Shown here piece after piece: positions 45,627-56,133 of a stretch of 64,000 bases of DNA. The notes under the pieces were generated by a model. That model had not been told where the DNA came from. It was given only the letters and a program-made list of their open reading frames with translations, and did no database searches. Position numbers and translations under genes: made by a program. The first letter of the stretch is position 1; each line of letters starts with the position of its first letter. The DNA is from an uncultured delta proteobacterium (GTDB taxonomy: Bacteria > Desulfobacterota > Binatia > Binatales > Binataceae), in the NCBI GenBank assembly GCA_963711565.1, contig CAVQEQ010000004.1:832001-896000 (forward strand), read 5' to 3'.

Positions 45627-48239
45627 TTGCCTCCGTTACCGGCCGTCAGCCTGCTCGAACGGCTGGCGCCCATTTACGCGGTCGCGGTAGCTGTGGTCGG
45701 CGGCGACGCGCTCGGCAATTTCCATGTCGCGATTCCGCTCTGGTTCGCATTGGCGATCGCGATGCTCGCGCTTGTCGCGTTCCTCTCCGCTCGACGGACG
45801 CTCGGTCTCGCCGCTGCATACCTAGCGATCGCACTTGCCGCAACGGCCGCCGTTACGAATGTGCTCGAGCCTCCGCACGCGCCACACAGCATCGCCACCG
45901 TGGTGGAAGGTTCGCGCGTTACTGTCGAAGGACGCGTGTACCGCGAGGTTGAGCACGAAGCTTATGGCGACCGGCTGTACGTCAAGGTCGAGCGAGCCGG
46001 CGCGCAGGGCGGCGCCATGTCAGCCTCGAGCGGGAATGTTCGCATCGCGGTGCTCGGCAGCGGGGATTTCAAATTGGGCGATGAAATCAGGCTGAGCGCG
46101 CGAATTCATTTCCCTCGCAACTACGGCAATCCCGGCGAGTTCGATTACGCGGGCCTGATGGCGCGTGACGGCATCGACGCGACCATGACCGCGCCGGACA
46201 AATCGCTCGGCTCGCCTGTATTTCAAATCATCGGGCATCGCTCGACCTTTCCGGCAAGCGAGATTGAATCGATCAGAGAGCATATCGGTGAGTTCTTCGA
46301 TCGGAACCTCACCTATCCTGAAAACGCCGAGATGCGCGCGCTCGTGATCGGCGATCAAGGCGAAATCGGCGAGCCGCTGCGGCAAACGTTCGCCCGCACC
46401 GGCATGGCGCATCTGCTGGTGATTTCGGGATTGCACCTGAGCATCGTGGCGGCCGCAACCTTCGCCGTGGCGCGGCTCATGATGATGCTATTCCCCGGGC
46501 TCGCAAACCGCGGTTATGCGAACAAGGTTGCCGCGCTGGCCGCGATGCTGACGGTGTGTGCGTACGCGTCGATCGCGGGCCATCACGTGTCAACGGTGCG
46601 GGCGCTGGTGATGGTGCTCGCGTACATGCTGGCGGTCGCGGTCGATCGTTCCCGCGAAGCGATCGCGTCGCTCGCGCTCGCCGCAATCGTAATTTGCGTC
46701 GCGCTCCCCGGCTCGACCGCCGACATCGGGTTTCAGCTATCGTTCGCGTCGGTGATTGCGATCGTGCTCGGCATGCGCCGATTCGCCGCCTGGTTCGCGC
46801 GCCGAAAGCGCCTTGGCCGGCTTCGCGGCGAACCTTCGTCGCCGCGATGGCGATTTCTGGAAGCTCCCACCGGCTACCTCGCAGTGTCGTTCTGGGCGAT
46901 GGCGGGGACGGCTCCTCTGACCGCCTACCACTTCAACCAGTTCGCAATTGTCGGAATCGTCGCAAATGCCGTGGTCGTGCCGATCATGGCATTCGGCGCG
47001 ACTATCAGCGGGCTGATCGCGGCCGCATTGAGTTTCTTTTCGGACTCGGCCGCGCGCCCGATACTGCTGTTCGGCGCACACGCGCTCGCGGCCGGCAACT
47101 GGCTGGCAGCATCGTTCGTCGATTGGCCGCTCGCGTGGTTCCGCATCTTCACGCCGACAATTCTCGAACTAGCAATTGCGTATGCGTTCCTCATGATGTG
47201 GTTGCTCGCGCCGCTTGCGGTAGCGATAACCGGCAAGCGCTCTCGCGACGATACTTCCGACGAGTCTGCAAGCTTGCCCAGGTTCGGACGGCGGGCGCTC
47301 TGCGCGATCGCGCTTTCACTGGTGCTGACGGTTGACGCGGGATGCTGGACTTACGATCGCTTCTTCAATCCCGATTTGCGCGTGACGTTCCTGTCAGTGG
47401 GAGAGGGCGACGGCGCGGTCGTGCGATTTCCCGGCTCGCGCGTGATGGTGATCGACGGCGGCGGCTCCTACGGCGGTTTCGACGCCGGCGAGCGAATTGT
47501 CGCGCCATATTTGTGGTCGCAAAAAATCATGCGCGTCGATTACATCGCGCTGAGTCATCCCGATCTCGACCACTTCGGCGGCCTGGATTTTATCGCGATG
47601 AATTTCGCGCCGCGCGCGTTTTGGACGACCGGAGTGCAGAGTCTCGACGAGAGTTACGCAAGCCTTATTGATGACCTCGTGCGTGCGAAGATTCCGATGG
47701 TGCAGGTGCGCGAGAGTGCGCCGGTCGCGTCGATCGGCGGCGTTGCGATCAAGTCGCTCAACGGCGACACCGGCATCGCGCGGTCGCACAACAACAGCTC
47801 GATGGTGTTGCGATTCAGTATCGGCAGTGCGTCATTGCTCTTCACCGGCGATATCGAATCGGCCGGCGAGCGCGCGATGCTCGCAAGCCGCGTCGATCTT
47901 CGCGCAACGATTCTCAAGGTGCCGCATCACGGCAGCGCGACGTCCTCGATGGCGGCATTCATTGCGGCGGTGCATCCGCAAGTCGCGGTAATCTCGGACG
48001 GCTACCTGAACAATTTTCATTTTCCGGCGCCCGCTGTCGTCCAGCGTTACGCAGAATCGGGCGCAATCCTGATGCGCACCGACCTCGACGGGGCGGTGAT
48101 GGTTGATGCGACGCGGAATCGAATGCTGGTGCGAACTTTCCGGGCCCGCACCGATGGTTCAATCCGTATCGTCCCACCGCGCTTGCCACGTCTAAAGCGG
48201 ATCGACCATAAGTATCAAAAATGGTACTATCGCTCGTGA
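45627..48239 (+). CDS. comEC: DNA internalization competence protein ComEC/Rec2
   Basis: NPGEFDY, HLLVISGLH, GFQLSF, SHPDLDHFGG, KVPHHGS; start uncertain. Confidence 0.93.
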   Translation: MPPLPAVSLLERLAPIYAVAVAVVGGDALGNFHVAIPLWFALAIAMLALVAFLSARRTLGLAAAYLAIALAATAAVTNVLEPPHAPHSIATVVEGSRVTVEGRVYREVEHEAYGDRLYVKVERAGAQGGAMSASSGNVRIAVLGSGDFKLGDEIRLSARIHFPRNYGNPGEFDYAGLMARDGIDATMTAPDKSLGSPVFQIIGHRSTFPASEIESIREHIGEFFDRNLTYPENAEMRALVIGDQGEIGEPLRQTFARTGMAHLLVISGLHLSIVAAATFAVARLMMMLFPGLANRGYANKVAALAAMLTVCAYASIAGHHVSTVRALVMVLAYMLAVAVDRSREAIASLALAAIVICVALPGSTADIGFQLSFASVIAIVLGMRRFAAWFARRKRLGRLRGEPSSPRWRFLEAPTGYLAVSFWAMAGTAPLTAYHFNQFAIVGIVANAVVVPIMAFGATISGLIAAALSFFSDSAARPILLFGAHALAAGNWLAASFVDWPLAWFRIFTPTILELAIAYAFLMMWLLAPLAVAITGKRSRDDTSDESASLPRFGRRALCAIALSLVLTVDAGCWTYDRFFNPDLRVTFLSVGEGDGAVVRFPGSRVMVIDGGGSYGGFDAGERIVAPYLWSQKIMRVDYIALSHPDLDHFGGLDFIAMNFAPRAFWTTGVQSLDESYASLIDDLVRAKIPMVQVRESAPVASIGGVAIKSLNGDTGIARSHNNSSMVLRFSIGSASLLFTGDIESAGERAMLASRVDLRATILKVPHHGSATSSMAAFIAAVHPQVAVISDGYLNNFHFPAPAVVQRYAESGAILMRTDLDGAVMVDATRNRMLVRTFRARTDGSIRIVPPRLPRLKRIDHKYQKWYYRS
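48202..48230 (+). promoter_or_regulatory. TA-type promoter with overlapping operator palindrome
   Basis: TCGACC-N17-TACTAT; AGTATCA-AAAA-TGGTACT at 48211-48228. Confidence 0.6.
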
Positions 48240-48314
48240 ATAAAGAGAACTCAGAAGACCGCGCAAGGCGACATCGCTCTGGCACTTAAACGAATAAAGG
48301 GAGCGGGCACATGA
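48236..48314 (+). pseudogene. Remnant of a RelE/HigB (Gp49-like) toxin
   Basis: Frame from 48240 reads IKRTQKTAQGDIALALKRIKGAGT*, with its stop overlapping the antitoxin ATG; no N-terminal part. Confidence 0.7.
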
Positions 48315-48592
48315 AAAAGAAACATATCGGATCATCCTTCGATAGTTGGCTCCGCGAGGAGGGCATCTACGAGGAAGTCACCGCGAGCGCTATCAAGCGC
48401 GTCCTCGCGCGGCAGGTTGAAGCAGCCATGAAGGAGAGACAGTTTTCCAAGGCGGAAATGGCGCGGAGGATGCGCACCAGCCGCGCCGCGCTGGACCGCT
48501 TGCTCGATCCCGGCTACGACGCGGTGACATTAAGCACGCTGCGCAAAGCAGCCGCGGCTGTGGGCCGTCAACTCCGCCTGGAACTTGTGTGA
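48311..48592 (+). CDS. XRE/HTH antitoxin (HigA-like)
   Basis: HIGSSFDSWL.EEG, MARRM.TSR..LDRLLDP, VTLSTL. Confidence 0.9.
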   Translation: MKKKHIGSSFDSWLREEGIYEEVTASAIKRVLARQVEAAMKERQFSKAEMARRMRTSRAALDRLLDPGYDAVTLSTLRKAAAAVGRQLRLELV

Positions 48593-48721
48593 AGGAGATC
48601 GAGTTCGGCCCCTATCTGCCCGCCGCTCGTTCAGCCCAAACAGTCGTTCAGAGCGTGCTGTAAAATCGGCGCGCGTTTCTATCGACCCCACCCGTCACTC
48701 TAAGCTACTTTATGAATCGAG

Positions 48722-49864
48722 ATGGATCTCGAACTCACCGATGCGCAACGCGGCGCGCGCGACGTTGCCCACCGCTTCGCCCGCGAAAAGCTCGGACCGA
48801 TCGGCGTCGAGGCTGACCGCTCGCATCGATATCCCGTCGAAGCGATCGACGAACTCGCGCGGCTCGGGATGCTCGGCATCTTCCTTCCCGAGCAATACGG
48901 TGGCGCGGGCCTCGATCACGTCGCATATTCTCTCGTGCTCGAGGAACTCGCCGTCGAATGCGCTTCAACCGCGGTTATCATGTCGGCGCATTGCTCGCTC
49001 GCGTCGTGGCCGATTCTCGGACTCGGCACCGCGAAGCAGAAGGATCACTTTCTGCCGCAGATGGCGACCGGAGGTTGGCTTGGATGCTTCGCCCTGACCG
49101 AGCCGCAGGCCGGCTCCGACGCCGCCGGGCAGAAGACGCGCGCGGTGCGCGACGGCGATTCGTACGTGATCAACGGGACCAAGAATTTCATCACCAATGC
49201 GCCGCAATCGAAGGTGGCGATTGTATTTGCGATGACGCAGCCCGACAAGGGGCATCATGGGATCAGCGCGTTTGCGGTCGAGACCGACACGCCGGGATGG
49301 GCCGTCACGCGCGTCGAAGACAAGATGGGAATTCACGGCGCGCATTCGGCGCAGCTGAGTTTTTCGGATATGCGCGTGCCGCGCGAGAATCTGCTGCTCG
49401 AGGAAGGGCAGGGCTTCAAGGTCGCGATGAAGACTCTCGACGGCGGCAGGATCGGGATCGCCTCGCAGGCGCTCGGAATCGCGCGCGCGTCGCTCGAGGC
49501 GTCGTTGAAGTACGCGCAGGAGCGCCTGACGTTCGGCAAGCCGATCGCGCAGTATCAGGCGATCCAGTGGAAGCTCGCCGACATGGCGGTTGAGATCGAC
49601 GCGGCGCGCTTGTTGACGCATCGCGCCGCGACGCTAAAAGATCGCGGCGAGGCGTGCACCAAGGAATCCGCGATGGCGAAGTTGTTCGCCGCTGAGACCG
49701 CGATGAAATCCGCGACCGAAGCGGTGCAGATTCACGGCGGCTACGGCTATACCAAGGAGTTCAAGGTCGAGCGCTATTTCCGCGACGCCAAGATCACCGA
49801 GATTTACGAAGGCACGTCGGAGATCCAGCGCCTTGTGATCGCGGGCAGCGTACTCAGTCAGTGA
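48722..49864 (+). CDS. Short/branched-chain acyl-CoA dehydrogenase
   Basis: [35 protein letters not shown]. Confidence 0.95.
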   Translation: MDLELTDAQRGARDVAHRFAREKLGPIGVEADRSHRYPVEAIDELARLGMLGIFLPEQYGGAGLDHVAYSLVLEELAVECASTAVIMSAHCSLASWPILGLGTAKQKDHFLPQMATGGWLGCFALTEPQAGSDAAGQKTRAVRDGDSYVINGTKNFITNAPQSKVAIVFAMTQPDKGHHGISAFAVETDTPGWAVTRVEDKMGIHGAHSAQLSFSDMRVPRENLLLEEGQGFKVAMKTLDGGRIGIASQALGIARASLEASLKYAQERLTFGKPIAQYQAIQWKLADMAVEIDAARLLTHRAATLKDRGEACTKESAMAKLFAAETAMKSATEAVQIHGGYGYTKEFKVERYFRDAKITEIYEGTSEIQRLVIAGSVLSQ

Positions 49865-49875
49865 GGGGCACTCGT

Positions 49876-51510
49876 GTGAGCAACAAAAAGAAATGGCTCG
49901 AGACGACCTACAAGCAGGCGATCGAGCGGCCGGTACGTTTCTCGACCGTGTCCGACATGGAGCTCGACCCGCTCTACACGCCCGACGACGTGACCGGCGC
50001 GTACGACGACGCGCTCGGCAACCCCGGCGAGTTCCCGTACACGCGCGGTGTGTACGGCTCGATGTATCGCGGACGGTTGTGGACGATGCGCCAGTTCGCC
50101 GGCTTCGGACTCGCCGAGGACACTAACGCGCGCTTCCACTTCCTGCTCGGCCAGGGCCAGGACGGCCTCTCGACTGCATTCGACATGCCGACGCTGATGG
50201 GCTACGACGCCGACCACGAACGCGCGCTCGGCGAAGTCGGACGTGAGGGCGTTTCAGTCTCGACAGTTTACGACATGGCGACGCTGTTCGATCGAATTCC
50301 GCTCGACCGCGTCACCACGTCGATGACGGTGAATTGTTCGGCGTCGATCCTGCTCGCGATGTATCTGGTGGTGGCCGAGCGCAACGGAATTCCGTGGGAG
50401 CGCGTCGGCGGCACGATTCAGAACGACATGCTCAAGGAGTATATCGCGCAGAAGGAATGGATTTGTCCGCCGCGACCGGCGCTCAGAATCGTCACCGACA
50501 TGATTGAGTTCTGCGCGCGCAAAGTTCCGCGCTGGCACGCCGTCTCGATCTCGGGCTACCACATCCGCGAGGCCGGCTCGACCGCCGTGCAGGAGCTGGC
50601 GTTCACGATTGCCGACGGCATCTGCTACGTCAACGAGGCCGTCAAGCGCGGAATCGCTGTCGATGACTTCGCGCAGCGGCTGTCGTTCTTCTGGAACCTG
50701 CACAACGATTTCCTCGAAGAGGTCGCCAAGCTCCGCGCCGCGCGCCGGATGTGGGCGCGAATCATGAAGGATCGTTTCGGCGCCAAGAATCCGAAATCGA
50801 TGATGCTGCGGACGCACGCGCAGACCGCGGGCGCGTCGTTGACCGCGCAGCAGCCGATCAACAACGTAGTTCGCGTCGCGATTCAGGCGCTGGCGGGAGT
50901 GCTCGGCGGAATACAGTCGCTGCACACCAATTCGATGGATGAGACGCTCGCGCTGCCGACCGAGCAGGCTGTGATGGTCGCACTGCGTACGCAGCAGGTA
51001 ATCGCCGAAGAGACTGGCGTGACGAATACTATCGATCCATTCGGTGGCAGCTACACGGTCGAGGCGCTGACGGACAGGATGGAACGCGAGGCTGGCGACT
51101 ACATTATGCGCATCGACGAGATGGGTGGGATGGTCAAGGCGATCGAGACCGGCTATCCGCAGCGCGAGATTGCGGAGGCGGCGTTTCACTTTCAGCGGCA
51201 GCTCGAACAGGGAATCAAGACGGTGGTCGGCGTCAACAAGTATTCAATCCCCGAGGAGATTCCGATCGCGACGCTCAAGATTGATCCTGAGATCGAGGAG
51301 CGGCAGATTCAACGCGTGGGCAAAGTTAAGCGCGAGCGAAATTCGGTCGCGGTCAAGGAAGCGCTTGCTCGCGTCTCGGAGGCGTGCCGCTCGGGTGAGA
51401 ATCTGATGGGCCCGATTTGCGAAGCGGTGCGCCGCGACGCGACTGTCGGCGAGGTGTCGGATATTTTTCGCGCCGAATTCGGCGTGTACACTGACCCAGG
51501 CTGGATTTAG
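49876..51510 (+). CDS. icmA: B12-dependent acyl-CoA mutase large subunit, isobutyryl-CoA mutase type
   Basis: [10 protein letters not shown] (Phe), KEYIAQKE (Gln), [10 protein letters not shown]; GTG 49876 after GAGGGG. Confidence 0.85.
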   Translation: MSNKKKWLETTYKQAIERPVRFSTVSDMELDPLYTPDDVTGAYDDALGNPGEFPYTRGVYGSMYRGRLWTMRQFAGFGLAEDTNARFHFLLGQGQDGLSTAFDMPTLMGYDADHERALGEVGREGVSVSTVYDMATLFDRIPLDRVTTSMTVNCSASILLAMYLVVAERNGIPWERVGGTIQNDMLKEYIAQKEWICPPRPALRIVTDMIEFCARKVPRWHAVSISGYHIREAGSTAVQELAFTIADGICYVNEAVKRGIAVDDFAQRLSFFWNLHNDFLEEVAKLRAARRMWARIMKDRFGAKNPKSMMLRTHAQTAGASLTAQQPINNVVRVAIQALAGVLGGIQSLHTNSMDETLALPTEQAVMVALRTQQVIAEETGVTNTIDPFGGSYTVEALTDRMEREAGDYIMRIDEMGGMVKAIETGYPQREIAEAAFHFQRQLEQGIKTVVGVNKYSIPEEIPIATLKIDPEIEERQIQRVGKVKRERNSVAVKEALARVSEACRSGENLMGPICEAVRRDATVGEVSDIFRAEFGVYTDPGWI

Positions 51511-51513
51511 GCG

Positions 51514-51918
51514 ATGGCGGAAAAGAGACTCAGAATTCTGGTCGCGAAACCCGGACTTGACGGTCACGATCGCGGCGCGAAGATTATCGCACGCGCGCTG
51601 CGCGACGGCGGCTTCGAGGTCATCTACACCGGACTTCATCAGACACCCGAAATGATCGCGGAGGCCGCCGTCCAGGAAGACGCCGACGCGGTCGGCCTGA
51701 GCGTCCTGTCGGGCGCGCACATGACACTGTTCCCCGAGGTGATGCGCCTGCTGAAGGAACGCGGTGCCGGCGAGGTCGCGGTTTTCGGTGGCGGAATTAT
51801 CCCCGATGACGACGCCGTCAAGCTCAAGGAGATGGGCGTGCGGCAAATCTTCACCCCCGGCGCGTCAACCGAAGACATCGTCAAGTGGGTGCGCGAGAAC
51901 GTCGCGCCTCGCACCTAG
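51514..51918 (+). CDS. icmB: Cobalamin-binding small subunit of acyl-CoA mutase
   Basis: [14 protein letters not shown]. Confidence 0.88.
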   Translation: MAEKRLRILVAKPGLDGHDRGAKIIARALRDGGFEVIYTGLHQTPEMIAEAAVQEDADAVGLSVLSGAHMTLFPEVMRLLKERGAGEVAVFGGGIIPDDDAVKLKEMGVRQIFTPGASTEDIVKWVRENVAPRT

Positions 51919-51924
51919 ATTCAA

Positions 51925-53082
51925 ATGAATTTCGATCTGACCGAAGAGCAGCGCCGCATCCGCGAGACGCTCACCGACTTCGCCGAGCGTGAAATTAAGC
52001 CGTACTCGACCAAGTGGGACAAAGACGAGACCTTCCCGCGGCACATCGTCGAGCAGCTCGGCCAGCTCGGCTTTCTCGGCGTCGCATTTCCCGAAAAATT
52101 CGGCGGCGGTGGCGCCGACACGCTGTCGCAGGTGCTCGTGGTTGAGGGGCTCTCGCGCTACGACGCGTCGATTGGCCTGACATGCGCCGCGCACATGTCG
52201 CTCTCAACCGGCCACATCGCCGGGTTCGCGTCCGACGAGCTGCGCAATCAATATGTGCCCGAAATGCTGCAAGCGAAGAAGATCGGCGCGTGGTGCCTGA
52301 CCGAGCCGAGCTCCGGCTCAGACGCAGCCGCGATGCATACGAAGGCGACGCGGGTCGGCGACAACTATTCGATCACCGGCTCGAAGATGTTCATCACCAA
52401 CGGCACGGTCGCCGACGTGTATGTGGTGATGGCGATCACCGACCAGGCGCGCGGGCGCGACGGCGTGTCGGCGTTCATCGTCGATCGCGGCACTGCGGGA
52501 CTCTCGAACGGAAAGAAAATCGAGAAGCTGGGATTACGCGCGTCCGACACCGCCGAAGTCATTTTCGAAAATGTCACAGTGCCGGCGCGCAATCTGGTCG
52601 GTGAGCTTGGCGCCGGCTATCGGCAGACGCTCAAGGTGCTCGAAGCGGGCCGAATCGGAATCGCGGGATTCGCAGCGGGAATCGCGCGCGGCGGTTTTGA
52701 AGAAGCACGCGCGTACGCGCTCGAGCGCGGGCAGTTCGGCAAGAAGATTGCCGAGTTCCAGGCGATCCAGTGGATGTTCGCCGACATGGCGACGCGAATC
52801 GACGCGTCGTGGGTGCTCATCTGCCGCGCCGCCGCGCTCAAGGATGCGGGCAAGCCATTTGCGCGCGAAGCCGCGATGGCGAAGCTGTTCGCGTCCGAAA
52901 CCGCGATGTGGTCGACGATCAAAGCCGTGCAGATTCACGGCGGCTACGGCTACGTCACCGACTTTCCGGTCGAGCGCTACATGCGCGACGCCAAGCTCTC
53001 CGAAATCGGCGAGGGTACCAGCGAAGTGCAGCGTATGATCATCGCCAAGTCGCTGCTGCGCGACGGCTACCTGCCAGCCTGA
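51925..53082 (+). CDS. Acyl-CoA dehydrogenase
   Basis: [26 protein letters not shown]. Confidence 0.95.
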   Translation: MNFDLTEEQRRIRETLTDFAEREIKPYSTKWDKDETFPRHIVEQLGQLGFLGVAFPEKFGGGGADTLSQVLVVEGLSRYDASIGLTCAAHMSLSTGHIAGFASDELRNQYVPEMLQAKKIGAWCLTEPSSGSDAAAMHTKATRVGDNYSITGSKMFITNGTVADVYVVMAITDQARGRDGVSAFIVDRGTAGLSNGKKIEKLGLRASDTAEVIFENVTVPARNLVGELGAGYRQTLKVLEAGRIGIAGFAAGIARGGFEEARAYALERGQFGKKIAEFQAIQWMFADMATRIDASWVLICRAAALKDAGKPFAREAAMAKLFASETAMWSTIKAVQIHGGYGYVTDFPVERYMRDAKLSEIGEGTSEVQRMIIAKSLLRDGYLPA

Positions 53083-53086
53083 TCGA

Positions 53087-53821
53087 TTAGTCTTCCAGTA
53101 AATCTTCGCGGATGACTGACAGGTCGGCAGGTCCGAGACCGATTACCTCGCGCATGAAGCCTTCGATGCCGCCATGTTCGTCGATTAGTTCGAACACCGG
53201 GTCGAGCTGCTCGGCCGCGAGTGGAATCTTTTTGAAGACGAGGTTGCTCTCCAGGAAGTCAGCGACGATTCGATCGCGATCGACTCCGAGCATCGACAGC
53301 AGCATCGCGGCGCCGACGCCCGTGCGGTCGCGGCCCGCGGAGCAATGGAAGAGCAGGGGATAGACGTCGCGCTCGGCGAGCACTTTGAAAAAGCGGCGCC
53401 AGTCGTTGCGGAAGTGCATCACTAGCGCGAGATGCTCGCGGCCGGGCTCGGGGGCGACGCGCGTGTAGCCCTGGTCGTTGAACCATTCGTCGCCCATCGG
53501 GATGTGTTCCCATCGGATGCCTTCACGTGAAGCCGGCACGGGCGCGCCCAGGTGCTTCACTTCCGCGCGGCTCTGGAGCGTGACGAGGGTGCGAAGTTCG
53601 AGCTGGCTTATAGGACTTTCGGGCGGGACTTCGGCGAGATGTGATGAGCGAAAAATCCGGCCGGCGCGGACGCGGCCCTGGTTGGCTGCGGGATAGCCGC
53701 CGAGGTCGCGGAAGTTCTGCGCGGCGAAACTACGCAGCAGCTCGAAGTCGACGACCACGCGCGTCTTTTCCGCCGCATCTTCAGTTTTGTTGTTATTTTT
53801 CGCCAAGAGCTTCAGTTGCAC
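53087..53821 (-). CDS. Tyrosine/lipid phosphatase (Y_phosphatase3 / IphP-like)
   Basis: NFRDLGGY, HCSAGRDRTG; start uncertain. Confidence 0.9.
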   Translation of the reverse strand: MQLKLLAKNNNKTEDAAEKTRVVVDFELLRSFAAQNFRDLGGYPAANQGRVRAGRIFRSSHLAEVPPESPISQLELRTLVTLQSRAEVKHLGAPVPASREGIRWEHIPMGDEWFNDQGYTRVAPEPGREHLALVMHFRNDWRRFFKVLAERDVYPLLFHCSAGRDRTGVGAAMLLSMLGVDRDRIVADFLESNLVFKKIPLAAEQLDPVFELIDEHGGIEGFMREVIGLGPADLSVIREDLLED

Positions 53822-53915
53822 CCCGTCTGCGGCTCAAGTTTAACAGGGCGACTGGCGCCGGCCAAAGGCGCACCATCCGCTGGAGGCCCTTGCTTCGTGC
53901 ATTGCGGTCGTTTAA

Positions 53916-53929
53916 TAGACTGGAGTCTA
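53916..53929. promoter_or_regulatory. Putative TetR operator
   Basis: TAGACT-GG-AGTCTA palindrome 5 nt before the TetR ATG. Confidence 0.6.
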
Positions 53930-53934
53930 GTTAT

Positions 53935-54618
53935 ATGGCCGAGTATATCGAAAGCTCCAGTCTTCATGGTGTCGCGACGGCGCCGGTTTCGCGACGCGAG
54001 CGCAAGAAAGGGCGCACTCGCGCTGATATCTACAATGCCTCGATGAACCTTTTTCTGCGGCGCGGTTTCGATTCGGTTACGATCGAGGATATCTGCGACA
54101 GTGCCGATGTCGCGCGCGCGACCTTTTTTCTGCATTTTCCGGCCAAGGAAGCCTTGCTCATCGAGTACGGCGAGCGCGCCAACGACGAGCTTGCGGCCGC
54201 GATTGGCCAGTATCGCGGGAGCGCGACCGCCGCGATGCGGATGGCGCTCAAGATGCTGGCCGAACGCGCGGTGCGGCATCCTGACGTAGTGCGGCTGGTG
54301 ATGCGCGAAGTGCTCGCGCGGCCGCGTTTGTTTACCGAGCATGACGAGAGAACCGCCGACCTGATTAATCTGCTGGCGGGGGTAATCCGGCGTGGGCAGA
54401 AGAGCGGTGAGTTTCGGCGGCGGACCGAACCGACCGTCGCGGCACTGACGGCGTGCGCGGCGTTCTTTGCTCTCATCTACACATGGGTGAAGCATGACGG
54501 GAAGATCGATATCGAAGCGGCGGTTGCCGAGACTTTGGACATTATTTTGAACGGACTCAGCGAGAAGAAATCCAAACGCGGACATTCGCCCGCGCTGATT
54601 AGAAGGACAAGCAGCTAG
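53935..54618 (+). CDS. TetR/AcrR family regulator
   Basis: RRERKK, GFDSVTIEDI, VARATFFLHFPAKE. Confidence 0.93.
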   Translation: MAEYIESSSLHGVATAPVSRRERKKGRTRADIYNASMNLFLRRGFDSVTIEDICDSADVARATFFLHFPAKEALLIEYGERANDELAAAIGQYRGSATAAMRMALKMLAERAVRHPDVVRLVMREVLARPRLFTEHDERTADLINLLAGVIRRGQKSGEFRRRTEPTVAALTACAAFFALIYTWVKHDGKIDIEAAVAETLDIILNGLSEKKSKRGHSPALIRRTSS

Positions 54619-56031
54619 ATGAATAACACTCATGCGATTGTGATCGGCGGCAGCATGGCGGGACTTTGTGCGGCTCGCGAGTTGTCCAGGTTTTACGACA
54701 AGGTCACCGTTATCGACCGCGATGCGTATCCTGTCGGTGCGCACGAGCGACCCGGGGTTCCGCAGAGCAGGCATGTGCATGCGCTGTTGATGCGTGGGCG
54801 GCTTGAACTGGATCGGCTGTTTCCGGGCTTCGAGAAAACGATGATCGAGCGCGGCGCGATCGAGATAAATTTCGGCCGCGACTTTGCCGCGCTTCGCGCG
54901 GATGGATGGGCCGAGCGCCGTCCAAACACGATCACGACGCTGTTCGCGAGCCGCGTGCTGATCGAGGCGACCGTCCGCGAGCTGATCCGAAAACTGCCGA
55001 ACGTCGAGCTGATCGAACGGGCCGAAGCGGTCGGCTTCGAGACGGTGCGCGGCGACATGATTCGGGTGAGCGGAGTAAAGGTGAGTCCGCGCGATGGCGG
55101 CGCCGCGTTCACGCTGTCCGGCGATCTTATCGTCGATGCGAGCGGGCGTACGACCAAAATTCCGTCATGGATCGAAGCGATGGGCTTGCCGATGCCGCCC
55201 GAAACCGTGGTCGATTCGCATACCGGGTACGCGTCGCGATGGTACAAGGCGAATCCCGACAGGCGTCCCAAGAATTGGTGGTGGAAGGGAATCTGGATCG
55301 ATCCGATCGCCGAAAATCTCTCGACCGCGGGCGTGATGTTCCCGGTCGAGAACAATCGAATTATTGTCTCGCTGGCAGGAATCGGTGGACATTACCCGCC
55401 GAGCGACGAGGCCGAATTTACCGCCAAGCTCGCGCAACTTCGCTCGCCGATAATCGCCGAGGAAGTCGCGCTGGCTGAGCCGATGTCGCAAGTCTATTCC
55501 TACCGGCAGATGGCGAATCGCTGGCGGCATTACGAGCGATGGGGCGCGCGGCTCGACGGCTTCGTCGCATTGGGCGATTCGTCGTGCGCGTTCAATCCTG
55601 TCTATGGACAGGGGATGACGTCGGGCGCGTTGTCGGCGATATTGCTCGGCGAGTGCCTCGAGAAAAATGGCATCAACGATGTCGAAGTTCCGCGAAAATT
55701 CTTCGCGGCGCAGGCGCGCTTCCAGGCCGAGCCATGGGGACTCGCGACCGCATCGGATTTCCGGGTTCCCGGCACCGAAGGCAAGCGTCCGTTGATGAGT
55801 CGCGTGCTGGACCCGCTGCTTGGCAAGATGTTCCAGGTCGCCAACGACGATCCCGCTATCGGCGAACGTCTCGGCGAAGTGATCAACATGATGAAGCCAC
55901 CGTCCGCCCTGTTCGAGCTGTCGCTGCTGAAGCTGATCGCGAAGGCGTGGTCGCGGCGACTGATCAGGGGTAAGAGACAGCAGAAGGAAGCGGCATCGAT
56001 GCCGCCGTTGGCGCTAGGCGCTGAAGGATAG
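54619..56031 (+). CDS. FAD-dependent oxidoreductase/monooxygenase
   Basis: GGSMAG, PQSRH.H, DASGR, GD…FNPVYGQGM. Confidence 0.92.
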   Translation: MNNTHAIVIGGSMAGLCAARELSRFYDKVTVIDRDAYPVGAHERPGVPQSRHVHALLMRGRLELDRLFPGFEKTMIERGAIEINFGRDFAALRADGWAERRPNTITTLFASRVLIEATVRELIRKLPNVELIERAEAVGFETVRGDMIRVSGVKVSPRDGGAAFTLSGDLIVDASGRTTKIPSWIEAMGLPMPPETVVDSHTGYASRWYKANPDRRPKNWWWKGIWIDPIAENLSTAGVMFPVENNRIIVSLAGIGGHYPPSDEAEFTAKLAQLRSPIIAEEVALAEPMSQVYSYRQMANRWRHYERWGARLDGFVALGDSSCAFNPVYGQGMTSGALSAILLGECLEKNGINDVEVPRKFFAAQARFQAEPWGLATASDFRVPGTEGKRPLMSRVLDPLLGKMFQVANDDPAIGERLGEVINMMKPPSALFELSLLKLIAKAWSRRLIRGKRQQKEAASMPPLALGAEG

Positions 56032-56038
56032 GTTGGGG

Positions 56039-56116
56039 GAAGGGCAGATCATTTGATCGAATGTGAAACCCGCCATGGGTTTCACGCTTCCTTGGGCAGG
56101 GGTGACCCCTGCACCC
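56039..56116. repeat. 78-bp dispersed two-hairpin repeat, copy B
   Basis: Colinear match to 35521-35598. Confidence 0.85.
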
Positions 56117-56133
56117 AACTATATTGAAGACAG

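Noticed and set aside
45542-45952. ORF with AAGGAG upstream overlapping the comEC start
   Set aside because: Out of frame with comEC, no recognisable motif, mostly overlaps a real gene
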